64,000 nt of DNA, taken from contig NZ_SUGA01000032.1 in the NCBI RefSeq assembly GCF_004963255.1, forward strand, positions 286 to 64,285. Reading direction: 5' to 3'. This document shows positions 8,780 to 17,815 of the stretch, in pieces; positions within the stretch are counted from its first letter, which is position 1, and every line of letters begins with the position of its first letter. The translations under genes were made by a program, and so were the position numbers. The notes beneath the pieces were generated by a model. The model saw nothing but the letters and a program-made list of their open reading frames with translations. It did no database searches and was not told the origin of the DNA. The stretch comes from Mesorhizobium sp. (GTDB taxonomy: Bacteria > Pseudomonadota > Alphaproteobacteria > Rhizobiales > Rhizobiaceae).

Positions 8780-9940
8780 CTACCCGACGGTACTTGGCTC
8801 AAGCGCTGGCTTCTTGCGTGCAAACCGGCGCAACACCACGCGTCCGAGTTGCTGCCCAGGCATCTCGATGAGCCTGTAGGTCACGAAGGACAGAAGACAA
8901 ACCACCGGCAGCACGACCGCCAGCACGATGGCGAAGCGCAGCGGCGCGCCGAGGCCGTCGCCATAACGGGTAATCACGAAGGCCGCGACGGGCTGCAGCA
9001 CCAGAAGATGGATCAGATAGATGCTGTAGGACAGTTCGCCGAGCACATGAAAGATGCCTCCGCCCAATGCGATGGCGACTTTTCGCGCCGCGGCGCCCGC
9101 CGCGCCGGGCAGCATCCGATAGAGGACGAGGGCAAAGAACCCAAGCACAAGCGCTTCGCGTATCAGGAACTTCGAAAGGCCGTGGCCGTCGCCGAAGGGG
9201 ATCGCCGCGAACGCCATGGCCAGGGCCAGATGCACCAGGGGCCGCGGCTGATCCTTGCCCAGGACGCCCGCCAGAAGCATGCCGCACAAGAAAACCTGGA
9301 TCTTCAGCGGCAGGAAGGACGGCATCGGGAAATGGACCGACATCGACTTCAGGGCCACCACCGCCAGGGCGCCGAGCGCCACAACGACTAGCGCGCTCCC
9401 GACCCAGCCGAAACGGCGCACCAGAAGCATGAGCGCCGGGAAGACCGCGTAAAACTGCATTTCCAGCCCGAGGCTCCAGTCGGGCAGCGGGGTCCGGTAG
9501 GCGAAGTTCGGGGAGAGGCCGAACAGGAAGGTCAGGTGGGCGACAATGTTCTTCAGGCCGCTGTCGAGGTACCGCTCAGGCGCCTGCGGCGCGCGGCCCA
9601 CGAATGCGTCGATGACTGTTCGCGACTCGTAAACATACGGGCCGAGCGCCAGTGCGAAGAACAGCATGGCGTAGAACAGCGGCGCGATGCGGAAATAGCG
9701 CCGCGTCCAGAATTTGAGCCAGGTTTCAGGCCTTTGCCAGGGCTCCTTGTCCTGGCGCAGTTGATAGTGGAACACCATCAGGAAGCCGGAAAGCATGATG
9801 AAGAGATCGACGCCGAGTGCCGGGTCGCCAAGCACCGGGAGATGCCAGCCGGTCAGGAGCAGGCAGTGGCCGACCAGCACCCACAATGCGGCGGCGGCGC
9901 GAAGGCCATCCAGGCATTCGATGCGCGATGACTCGGTCAT
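8780..9940 (-). CDS. Acyltransferase-3 (OafA-like) membrane protein
   Basis: LDGLRAAAA, GVDLFIMLSGF, WSLGLEMQFY and GELSYSIYLIH motifs; convergent with the previous gene. Confidence 0.9.
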   Translation of the reverse strand: MTESSRIECLDGLRAAAALWVLVGHCLLLTGWHLPVLGDPALGVDLFIMLSGFLMVFHYQLRQDKEPWQRPETWLKFWTRRYFRIAPLFYAMLFFALALGPYVYESRTVIDAFVGRAPQAPERYLDSGLKNIVAHLTFLFGLSPNFAYRTPLPDWSLGLEMQFYAVFPALMLLVRRFGWVGSALVVVALGALAVVALKSMSVHFPMPSFLPLKIQVFLCGMLLAGVLGKDQPRPLVHLALAMAFAAIPFGDGHGLSKFLIREALVLGFFALVLYRMLPGAAGAAARKVAIALGGGIFHVLGELSYSIYLIHLLVLQPVAAFVITRYGDGLGAPLRFAIVLAVVLPVVCLLSFVTYRLIEMPGQQLGRVVLRRFARKKPALEPSTVG

Positions 9941-10130
9941 GCTCTCTCCATGCTGCAATGCAGCATGACCAGGGGAGTCTCAATGTCAACCCGGTTTCGG
10001 CACTCCCCTCCTCCGCTCGCGGCAAGGTTGGCCTCAGTCCGCCCGTTTTTTCACCAGCCGCGCATGCCGCCGCCAGTACCACCAGTCCAGCACGCGCCGA
10101 CGGAAGCTGCGTTTCATCGCGGTCATGGCG

Positions 10131-10325
10131 TCACACTCCGAGCAGCACGCGGCGCTGTCCGGAGACATCGCTCGGCGCAAGATCGGTCTTGATGGTGGAG
10201 AGCGTGCCCTGGCGCTGCTCGAGCTCAGCGCGCAGCGCGTCTTCCCGCGCCTGCACATCCTTGTCCTGCGCGGTCGGCACCGGCGGCAGCGGCTTCAGTT
10301 CCGGGGGCTTTTGAAAGAGACACAT
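10131..10325 (-). CDS. Small phage-type protein preceding portal (MCLFQKPP..., 64 aa)
   Basis: MC-x-x-x-K-PP Pro-rich start and position upstream of the portal resemble small podophage virion assembly proteins. Confidence 0.55.
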   Translation of the reverse strand: MCLFQKPPELKPLPPVPTAQDKDVQAREDALRAELEQRQGTLSTIKTDLAPSDVSGQRRVLLGV

Positions 10326-10794
10326 GGTTCCAGCTTTCCCTTGTCCAGTCATGGAGGAAGAAGTCTTCGCCGTTCCTGCCATAGCCCGGCAGGCGGCAGC
10401 GTTGGGTAGCGCCGAGCCTGTCCAGCCAGCGCAAGGCAAGTTCATTGTCGGCAAGCGCCCTCGCCTCGACCCGCCATGCGCCCCGCGCCGCGACCTGCGG
10501 CCCCAGCACCGCGTGGAAGAAGCGGGTGATCTCGGGCACGCAGCGCCTCATGCGGCGCGTGCCCCAGCTCCAGGCGATCCACAGGCCGGCGCGCTGCTCG
10601 GCCGCGCCAAAACCGGCCTCCGGATTGCCGTCGAGCTCGGCGACATAGGCAAAGCCCTGAAGTGCGGTCAGCGCCAAGAGCGCCGGCGACCAATGGTCGA
10701 GCTGGCAGTCGATCTCGGCCCGGTCCTCCGGGCGCAGGTTCGCGGCGATATAGGAGAGGTCCCGCAGCGTGGCGGGGACAATGCGGATGGGCAT
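10225..10794 (-). CDS. GNAT-fold phage virion protein (internal virion protein A-like)
   Basis: IAANLRPEDRAEI...NELALRWLDRLGA pattern; GGGAG RBS; overlaps the next gene by about 100 nt. Confidence 0.65.
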   Translation of the reverse strand: MPIRIVPATLRDLSYIAANLRPEDRAEIDCQLDHWSPALLALTALQGFAYVAELDGNPEAGFGAAEQRAGLWIAWSWGTRRMRRCVPEITRFFHAVLGPQVAARGAWRVEARALADNELALRWLDRLGATQRCRLPGYGRNGEDFFLHDWTRESWNHVSLSKAPGTEAAAAGADRAGQGCAGAGRRAAR

Positions 10795-11049
10795 GGGCAG
10801 ACTCCCGCCGGTCAGCAGCGAGGCGTGCCAGCGACGTATGGTGTAGAAACTCTGACGCCCCTGGCCTCGGCGTACGTCTCGGAATTGGCCTACGATTGAT
10901 GTGCCAGTGATACGCCTCGGCGTACTGGAACATTATTTTTCCCGTAGAGCTCTTCCACCACATCTTTGTCGAAATCATTTTCGTTTCTGATGGGCGAATT
11001 ATCCGTCGTGGGTCATAAGGAACGCCCCGTGGTTGACAGACATTCTTTG

Positions 11050-11496
11050 ATGAATCGGATTCGACGACCCTTTTTATTCAGTCGATTCCTTTGTCTCACG
11101 CTTGCTGTTTTGGCCACTCTGCCGACAATGCCGGGATATCCTTCCGAGGTGAAGGGCGAAAAATATTCGGTTCGATTTGTTGTCCGGATGAACGACGGGC
11201 AATATTTCAGTGGAAATTCACGGTGCAGCAGAAGGTATTATTGCGATATCCGATTTGGAAAATCGTTCGAACTCAGCGTCGGTGACTACGGAAAATCATA
11301 CAATTTTTCTATGACGGACTATGATGTAACCTCCCTTCCATGCTGCACTTTTCCGAATGGTAAGCACAGTATGGAATTTTCCAAAACTGAAAATCGCGTT
11401 AGCATGATATTTTACCAGTCCGTCGCCGATGATTTGGCGTACAGACGAAGGGCGCAAATCGGAGAAATCTTCATCATAATATCAGAAGATAAATGA
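11050..11496 (+). CDS. Low-GC hypothetical exported protein
   Basis: Hydrophobic N-terminal segment (FLCLTLAVLATL), several Cys, AT-richer than flanks. Confidence 0.45.
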   Translation: MNRIRRPFLFSRFLCLTLAVLATLPTMPGYPSEVKGEKYSVRFVVRMNDGQYFSGNSRCSRRYYCDIRFGKSFELSVGDYGKSYNFSMTDYDVTSLPCCTFPNGKHSMEFSKTENRVSMIFYQSVADDLAYRRRAQIGEIFIIISEDK

Positions 11497-11557
11497 GATG
11501 CGCCCGATGACAACGCATCGTTGGCAGCCCAGAGAATTAGGCTCCCGTCCCGTAATC

Positions 11558-11872
11558 TCAACCGGCAAAGTTGTTGTCCACAAACATTTCCGCAAATTGC
11601 TGGGGCGTGAGCGTCACCTTGTTGTCGTGGGCGATTTTGAGATTCTTCTTCCACATATCGCGGATTGCCTCCGGCATGGTGTCGGGCATGCGGAGAGCCT
11701 TGGCGATCGCATCTTCCCACCGTCCATCGCCGCCATAGATGGCCTGCAGCTTGGGAGCCATGGCGTTTAGGGACTCTTCGGACTCTCGAGCGAGTTCTCC
11801 GATAGCCTTGAGCACATAGAATTCGAGCAGTCTAAGCAGCGGCTTGCCTTCATACCGCCTGTCGGTCGACAT
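11558..11872 (-). CDS. Hypothetical protein, candidate immunity (MSTDRRYEGKPLLRLLE...)
   Basis: 104 aa ORF with GAGGAAA RBS; its 3' part is duplicated at 16353-16565. Confidence 0.65.
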   Translation of the reverse strand: MSTDRRYEGKPLLRLLEFYVLKAIGELARESEESLNAMAPKLQAIYGGDGRWEDAIAKALRMPDTMPEAIRDMWKKNLKIAHDNKVTLTPQQFAEMFVDNNFAG

Positions 11873-11881
11873 CTTGTTTCC

Positions 11882-12167
11882 TCATGCATCATTGGTGGCG
11901 TATTCGATGAGCCGTTGGCAGATGGCCGATTGGCTCGGCTTTTCCTCCTGGGACGCAATCCAGGCCTCGGTGAATTCGATCGCGATGAACACCTCGATGA
12001 AATATTTTAGGCCTGCCTTGGCAGCCTTCGCCGGCACCAATGCTGGGCTCGGGCGCAACCATCGCAGCGGAATCTTCGGTCCAAGGCTCCGCTGCATAAA
12101 TTGTGTCGTCCTCGTCAAAGTCTGACAGCCGTCCAACGATGTCCAACAGCTTCGTTATTTTTGCCAC
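11882..12167 (-). pseudogene. Frameshifted small acidic protein, candidate immunity
   Basis: GTG at 12167 (GGGAGG RBS) encodes MAKITKLLDIVGRLSDFDEDDTIYAAEPWTEDSAA; the protein continues in another frame as ALVPAKAAKAGLKYFIEVFIA...EYATNDA. Shift near 12045. Confidence 0.6.
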
Positions 12168-12298
12168 ATCGCCCTCCCCAGATTGAATCGCCAAACGCTA
12201 CACGCTATGGGTGCATAGCCTTAATGTTTGGCAATGAAGATGTCGACTGGCTCGGGGCGCCGATGCCGTTTTCGCGAATGTCGCCGGGGGAGAACACC

Positions 12299-12556
12299 AT
12301 GAAAGCACTCGTCCTTGCGCTTGGCTTGATGTTGCCCGCGCCGCTTGCCGCGGCCGAAGAGCCGATCAAATGGACATTTTCCCGCCACGGGGGAACCACG
12401 GTCGAGATCCCCGTCTTCATAGCCGACGGCAATACCAGGTTGCTTAAGGGAGGCGGAAAGGTCGGCTTAATTTTTGACTCGAAAGAGTATGGTGTCGAGT
12501 TTTCTCAATACAAAGTAATTGATGGGACCAACAAGCGCCCGATCGACTATGTCTAC
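12299..12556 (+). pseudogene. Truncated paralog of periplasmic protein 16810-17343
   Basis: MKALVLALGL...AEEPIKW...GG..VEIP matches the 16810 gene; homology stops at about 12556 where a minus-strand toxin remnant begins. Confidence 0.65.
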
Positions 12557-12830
12557 GCAGCGCCTGTTCCACCCTGTCATAGAGCGGCGCGAGCTCGGCA
12601 GACTGGTCGCTGGCGCCGGCATTCTCGCCTGTGCCTTCGGTTTGGTCCTCGGCGTGATCGAGGGCGATGCCGCTGCCAGCGTTGCGCTCCATTGTCCTGA
12701 CCTCTTGTTGCTTGAAAATGTTCGCCGGCCTGGCAAGACCTTGCCTCGCCTGACGATCGCGCCCGGCGGAGGCGCCTGGGGTCCTGCGCGATCAGCGCTT
12801 CCAGGCACGCATTCGCGGCGCCGGAGCGTC
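12557..12830 (-). pseudogene. Remnant of a toxin carrier gene (D1 end + D2 start)
   Basis: MERNAGSGIALDHAEDQTEGTGENAGASDQSAELAPLYDRVEQAL closely matches the start of the 19185 gene; upstream, another frame gives LEALIAQDPRR, matching the D1 end of both full toxins. Confidence 0.65.
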
Positions 12831-12889
12831 AGGCGGACTCGATATGGGATTTGCGATGAGGACCCGGGCCCTCTGCCTTCTGTTCGCCA

Positions 12890-13084
12890 TCAGGCTGGCG
12901 TCAGTCGGATAATTACAAACACCATATACAAAGACATAAATCCGGGAACACTGAACGCGGCTGCGCCAAAAAGAACAAGGGCTCGCCGGAGCGGCGTAAG
13001 CTGTTGCGACTTGACGCCCTTCGCCAACAGGAACATGGCGAATGCAAAACTGGGAACTCCCAGTAAGAATATTAAAACATCCAC
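12890..13084 (-). CDS. 64-aa two-TM protein, candidate PLA2 immunity (copy 2)
   Basis: GTG at 13084 with GGAG RBS; FLLGVPSFAFAMFL...FSVPGF aligns with the neighbour's YFLGSISFVFAIFL...LSLPGF. Confidence 0.55.
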   Translation of the reverse strand: MDVLIFLLGVPSFAFAMFLLAKGVKSQQLTPLRRALVLFGAAAFSVPGFMSLYMVFVIIRLTPA

Positions 13085-13122
13085 CTTAACATCTCCGACT
13101 TCAGCAGTATATATAAGTCCAT

Positions 13123-13314
13123 TCAATGGAAAATCCAGACAATTCTGTATACTGCAAAATCCCAAATAACGAAGAAGCCCGGCAAACTCAGAAAAGCCGA
13201 TATATAAATAGTGTATCGACCAATTTTCGGCCAGCGATCACTGCAGATTACGCCAACAAATGCCAAAAATATTGCGAAGACAAATGAGATAGAGCCAAGA
13301 AAGTAAAACCCCAT
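13123..13314 (-). CDS. 63-aa two-TM protein, candidate PLA2 immunity (copy 1)
   Basis: Two hydrophobic helices, low GC, immediately downstream of the PLA2-like toxin. Confidence 0.6.
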   Translation of the reverse strand: MGFYFLGSISFVFAIFLAFVGVICSDRWPKIGRYTIYISAFLSLPGFFVIWDFAVYRIVWIFH

Positions 13315-13389
13315 CGACTACCCCTTAACGCCGGCTCCAAGTCAAAACCGGAGGCAAAATGAAGGCTCTGATCTCATTCCGGATCGCGA

Positions 13390-14565
13390 CTACCAATTGC
13401 CGAATGACATGCCGCTTTCAAACCGCGCCCTTCCAACAGCCGCTTGCACGTCGTCGTAAGCCCTTTGCGCTTCATCTCGGCCAGAAATCTCCGCCGCGCT
13501 CAACGGATGGAGCGCCAAATCGCCGGCAATCTTAATCCGGAAAGCCCTGAGCGCCAGTCGAGCGTATTTGGATGCGTCCCTGCGCTCCTCGTCGGTCTTC
13601 AAGGCTGGATCCGTGGCGTAATCCTCATTGTCGAGATATGACTTCAATGATGCTGCAAGTTTCCTATCCGCTAAAATTGTATCGCCCGGCGTTTTCGCGT
13701 CATGGTAGTCCGCGTCATGCTGTTTGTAAAACCCGTTCTGAATATCAAAGGGCGGCACGTCAAAACCGCCACCCCATGTCCCGCCGGTCCAGCCACGACC
13801 GCCGTAGTTGCCATAGGTTGGCATATTTCGGTTGATCCTATCGGACAGGCTTAAAGGCTGGTCATCGCGGGTCACCCCTGCGGCGCCCAGCATTTCCAAC
13901 GCGCGCTTGGGATCCCGCGCGATCAGCGCCTCGATCCGCGTCGTCGCCGCGCGATCGCGCCAAGCGGCTTCGGCCTGCAGCCGGCTTTCAGGATCGAGGT
14001 TCATCTTGCCGATGAGGTCGATGCCGGCCTGACGGGCGGCCTCGAAGGCGGCGTGGTCGTCGGGGTCGCTCTTCGCGATGCTGTCGAGCTCTTCGGCCTG
14101 GGCCGCCGCGAGATGGTCCTGCTCATACTGGGCGCGACGCTGCAGCTGCTGCATCGCCATGCGCACCGAGCCTGCCTCCCGCAGGGCCGGCTTGCGGCTG
14201 GCGAGGCCGGCGCGCAGTTCGGGCGGCGCCTGCTTCAGGAAATTGTCGAACAGCGTGTCGAACCGGCCTTCGAGCAAGACGCGCCCGCTATGCGGATCGA
14301 CCTCGCCATACGTGGCGTGGTGCAGGCCCTCGCCGTCGGCCGGCGCGTTGGCCGCGACATCGGCCTCTGCGCTCGCGATCTCGCCATCCAGCCTGTGCGC
14401 CGCGATCTCGGTGTCGAAGGCCTGCTGCCGCGCCATGCGCCGTTCGTAGTGAGCGGCAACCTCCTGCCAGTAGGGATCGAGCGGGCCGGCCGGCGCAGCG
14501 CCGGGCGCCGCATCGCGGGGATCGGGGCGGCGCTGATCGGTGAAGAGCGGAATGATGTGGACCAT
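13390..14565 (-). CDS. Polymorphic toxin 2: carrier D1 + phospholipase A2-like tip (391 aa)
   Basis: N-terminal ~230 aa collinear with toxin 1; tip has YGNYGGRGWTGG (Ca-loop-like) and HDADY (catalytic HD-like); GC drops at the tip. Confidence 0.75.
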   Translation of the reverse strand: MVHIIPLFTDQRRPDPRDAAPGAAPAGPLDPYWQEVAAHYERRMARQQAFDTEIAAHRLDGEIASAEADVAANAPADGEGLHHATYGEVDPHSGRVLLEGRFDTLFDNFLKQAPPELRAGLASRKPALREAGSVRMAMQQLQRRAQYEQDHLAAAQAEELDSIAKSDPDDHAAFEAARQAGIDLIGKMNLDPESRLQAEAAWRDRAATTRIEALIARDPKRALEMLGAAGVTRDDQPLSLSDRINRNMPTYGNYGGRGWTGGTWGGGFDVPPFDIQNGFYKQHDADYHDAKTPGDTILADRKLAASLKSYLDNEDYATDPALKTDEERRDASKYARLALRAFRIKIAGDLALHPLSAAEISGRDEAQRAYDDVQAAVGRARFESGMSFGNW

Positions 14566-14823
14566 GGGGTGCTTCCAGGCGCGCGGAGGCGCCGCCGGCG
14601 GCATGGCCAGCGCGCGCCGCGCCGGCTGCCGCTACGGGGCTGTCGGATCGGGGATTTCAGGGAGGCGGGAAGGCCGGCGTTGCGGAATAAAGGCGCCGGC
14701 GGCGCAAGCTTCAAACTACGGTGACAGTGCGTGATTTTCCGCTCGATCGAACGGAAACGTTGCGGACTTCAACAAGTGGAATCGCGTTCAGAAAATGAAT
14801 GCGTCCTCACCGCAATTCCGATG

Positions 14824-15252
14824 CTATTCCTCATCGTAGGGTTCGACTATCGCAACGAAAATGCCCAACGAATCAAGCAGATCAAAAGCGCGTTCTGAAA
14901 TGACGAGGCGGAAGGGCACTGCGATCCCGAAGTCGTCCTGACCCGCCTTTCCATGCACTTTCAACCAAACGAAACGCGGCAGCACCACGCCGGGTTGATC
15001 TTCCTGAAATTCTTCCGAGGTCGTCACCTCGGCGTCGGCAAACGTTGCGCCTGAAAAGCCCATCTTCTCCAACGCGCGCTGGGCTTCTTCAGTAACAAGG
15101 AAACAGGGAAACGTCGCAACAATCACGTCCCCGAACCATGCGTTCACCTCGTAGTGGAGCTTGGTTACGATCGGTGGATGAACGCTCGAGTCGAGAACCG
15201 TGCCTTTGCCAACCCCGCCAGCCGGGTGCGGCCGTATTTTAAAGTATTGCAT
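14824..15252 (-). CDS. Candidate immunity protein, paralog 3 of a tandem trio
   Basis: Shares DSSVHPPIV..LHY, FPCFLVTE, FVWLKV.G.AG.DDFG and ISER motifs with the other two copies. Confidence 0.65.
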   Translation of the reverse strand: MQYFKIRPHPAGGVGKGTVLDSSVHPPIVTKLHYEVNAWFGDVIVATFPCFLVTEEAQRALEKMGFSGATFADAEVTTSEEFQEDQPGVVLPRFVWLKVHGKAGQDDFGIAVPFRLVISERAFDLLDSLGIFVAIVEPYDEE

Positions 15253-15285
15253 CAGAGGAAGACCGATCAACCTGCAAGCTGAACC

Positions 15286-15717
15286 TCAGAAAGGTTCGAT
15301 TAAAGCATGGGAGATGCCCAATGGCCTCAGGGCATCGAGCACACGCTCGGAGACAACATGCCGGTGGTCCTCGGCTAGCCCGAAATCGTCGTGGCCCGCC
15401 CTCCCATCCACTTTCAGCCAAACGAATGGCGGCAACTCCACGTCCGGCTGCATCTCCTCGAACAATTCGGACGTGGTTACTTTGACCTTGTCGGAGGTCG
15501 CTCCCGAAAAGCCAGCCGTAAGAAATTTCGCTTTTAGGTATTCAGTGACGAGACAGCACGGGAACGACGCAACCATCACATCATCCAGCCACCCGTCGAA
15601 TTCATAGTGCAGACGTGTCACGATAGGAGGATGGACGCTTGTGTCCATAATGGCATCATCGCCAAGCCCGCCCGAGACTTCCGGTTCCAAATAGAAATAT
15701 TTCACTGGCCCTCCCAT
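15286..15717 (-). CDS. Candidate immunity protein, paralog 2 of a tandem trio
   Basis: Same motifs; likely GTG start overlaps the stop of an upstream gene remnant (GTGA). Confidence 0.65.
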   Translation of the reverse strand: MGGPVKYFYLEPEVSGGLGDDAIMDTSVHPPIVTRLHYEFDGWLDDVMVASFPCCLVTEYLKAKFLTAGFSGATSDKVKVTTSELFEEMQPDVELPPFVWLKVDGRAGHDDFGLAEDHRHVVSERVLDALRPLGISHALIEPF

Positions 15718-15909
15718 TCCGGAGCGAAATCACCGACGTCCGAAATCGCCTCGTCAACGGCTCCACACCTCAGTGGTGCCGCAGCATCCTATGCAATCTA
15801 TAATTGCAAGCCAGCCCCCCCCTGTTTAGGCGCCTACGGTCGTGGGGGGCGCGGGAACTCCTCAAAGCCGCGCGATCTTGTAGCCATCCTCACATTTGAA
15901 ACGCCCAAC

Positions 15910-16338
15910 CTACCGATCATCGTAAGGCTCGACTATCGCGAACGGAATGCCCAGCGATTCAAGCAGATCAAGAACGCGTTCCGAGATGATGAGGTGGAAG
16001 GGTACCGCGATCCCGAAGTCGTCTTGACCCGCTCTCCCATTCACTTTCAACCAAACGAAATGTGGCAGGTCCAGGCCGGGTTGATCTTCTTGACATTCTT
16101 CCGAGGTTGTCACCTCGGCGTCTGCGAACGTCGCGCCTGAAAAGCCCATCTTCTGCAGCGCGCGCTGGGTCTCTTCAGTGACGAGGAAGCAAGGGAACGT
16201 CGTAACAATCACATCCCCGAACCAGCCCTCTACCACATAGTGTAGCTTGCTCACGATTGGCGGATGGACACTCGAATCGAAAACTGTGCCTTTGCCGACC
16301 CCACCAGCCACGTTCGGCCATATTTTAAAAAATCGCAT
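15910..16338 (-). CDS. Candidate immunity protein, paralog 1 of a tandem trio
   Basis: Highly similar to 14824-15252 at both DNA and protein level. Confidence 0.65.
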   Translation of the reverse strand: MRFFKIWPNVAGGVGKGTVFDSSVHPPIVSKLHYVVEGWFGDVIVTTFPCFLVTEETQRALQKMGFSGATFADAEVTTSEECQEDQPGLDLPHFVWLKVNGRAGQDDFGIAVPFHLIISERVLDLLESLGIPFAIVEPYDDR

Positions 16339-16352
16339 CAGAGAAAGACCGA

Positions 16353-16680
16353 TCAACCGGCGAAGTTGTTGTCGACGAACATCTCAGCAAATTGCTGAGG
16401 CGTGAGCGTCACCTTGTTGTCGTGGGCGATTTTGAGATTCTTCCTCCACATATCGCGGATTGCATCCGGCATCGTGTCGGGCATGTGGAGAGCCTTGGCG
16501 ATAGCATCTTCCCATCGTCCATTGCCGCCATAGATGGCCTGCAGCTTGGGCGCCATGGCGTTCAGCGTTGCGGCGGAATCTTCGGTCCAAGGCTCTGCTG
16601 CATAAATTGTGTCGTCCTCGTCAAAATCTGACAACCGTCCACCGTCCAACGATATCCAACAGCTTTGTTATTTTTGCCAC
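16353..16680 (-). pseudogene. Deletion chimera of the 11882-12167 and 11558-11872 homologs
   Basis: LSDFDEDDTIYAAEPWTEDSAA is fused in frame to LNAMAPKLQAIYGG...NNFAG; a 7-bp tandem duplication (ccgtcca x2, ~16635-16648) frameshifts the 5' end. Confidence 0.7.
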
Positions 16681-16809
16681 GCCAGCCCCCAAGATTGAAT
16701 CGCCAACCGCCACACGCTATGGGTGCATAGCCTTAATGTTTGGCGGTGAAGATGTCGATTGGCTCGGGGCGCCGATGTCGTTTTCCGAATGTCGCCGGGG
16801 GATAACACC

Positions 16810-17343
16810 ATGAAAGCACTTGTTTTTGCACTTGGCCTTTTAGCAGCGTCATCGCCCTTTGCGATGGCAGAGGAGCCGATCAAATGGATCGTTTCCACGA
16901 CTGGCGGAAGCCAGATCGAGATTCCCTCGTTCTTTGCCGACGGGAAGGTCGAACCTCTGTCTTCCTTCTCCGAAGGACTTACGTTTACACCCAAAAATTA
17001 TCCGGATACCCATTTTCGTCAATATGAAGGAAGCGGAACGATAACTCCATTCGGGTATATCGCGCGCATGCTCGTCGACGATACTGAAAACTATGAAGAC
17101 CAAACGAAAGATTATTACGAACGTAACCACCCTGGCGATAAAGTTACTTATACTTCCGATAATGCGTCCATCGGCGCGGTTTCCGGTACGCGCGCATACG
17201 GTGCTCTCATCTACTATGGCATGTGTCGGAAGCACGCCACCGATATCATAACCTGTTTCGATATGACCTGGAGCAAGAAAGATAAAGCGATATTCGAACC
17301 GATCGCTCAGCGTATCGCTCGGTCGTTCGGTAAAGATAGATGA
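16810..17343 (+). CDS. Periplasmic protein with signal peptide, candidate amidase immunity
   Basis: MKALVFALGLLAASSPFAMA signal peptide; C-terminal Cys pair; convergent with the amidase tip. Confidence 0.6.
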   Translation: MKALVFALGLLAASSPFAMAEEPIKWIVSTTGGSQIEIPSFFADGKVEPLSSFSEGLTFTPKNYPDTHFRQYEGSGTITPFGYIARMLVDDTENYEDQTKDYYERNHPGDKVTYTSDNASIGAVSGTRAYGALIYYGMCRKHATDIITCFDMTWSKKDKAIFEPIAQRIARSFGKDR

Positions 17344-17395
17344 TCGTCATAGATTCGCAGATAGACGCCCCCAGGGACGACGATAAAAATCTGCT

Positions 17396-17815
17396 CTACC
17401 TTTCAATAATGTAGTAATAAGCGCCACTCTCAAGGCCCTGACCTGCACCCTCCCAGGGCCGGAAGGTTATGTTTGCGTTCCGACGCTTCCATTGATCCAA
17501 AATGAAGATCCCCGATTCATTTTGACCGAGGTAAATTCCGGTGTGACTAAATCCGCTTACCCCCCCAGATTGGCCCTTTGGTCCATAATGAATTTTGCCC
17601 TTTCCGTCACCCCAATCACCGTTGAACGTGGCGATGGGAGTCCCGGGTAAAATCTTACCATTTCCTTGTACTCTCTCTCCCTTTTTCCATGTTGAGGCAG
17701 GAATACCGGCCATACCTCCCACTTCCTTTGTCAACGCGACGCATTGGCCATTGCCGAAACTTTTTCCCAGAATTTTTGTGTAGGATTTAGCCCTCGCCTG
17801 GACGTCTTCCGGCAA
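17396..17815 (-). CDS. Tae/BPSL0067-like NlpC/P60 peptidoglycan amidase domain, out of frame with its upstream carrier
   Basis: GQCVALTK (Cys), PIATF, HTGIYLGQ (His) and ILDQW motifs; frame is open upstream to about 17955. Confidence 0.75.
   Translation of the reverse strand: MPEDVQARAKSYTKILGKSFGNGQCVALTKEVGGMAGIPASTWKKGERVQGNGKILPGTPIATFNGDWGDGKGKIHYGPKGQSGGVSGFSHTGIYLGQNESGIFILDQWKRRNANITFRPWEGAGQGLESGAYYYIIER

Noticed and set aside
10795-10930. Possible 3' remnant of a gene (NSETYAEARGVRVSTPYVAGTPRC-stop) before the GNAT gene
   Set aside because: Too short to assign by eye; could be a displaced phage gene end but unsupported.
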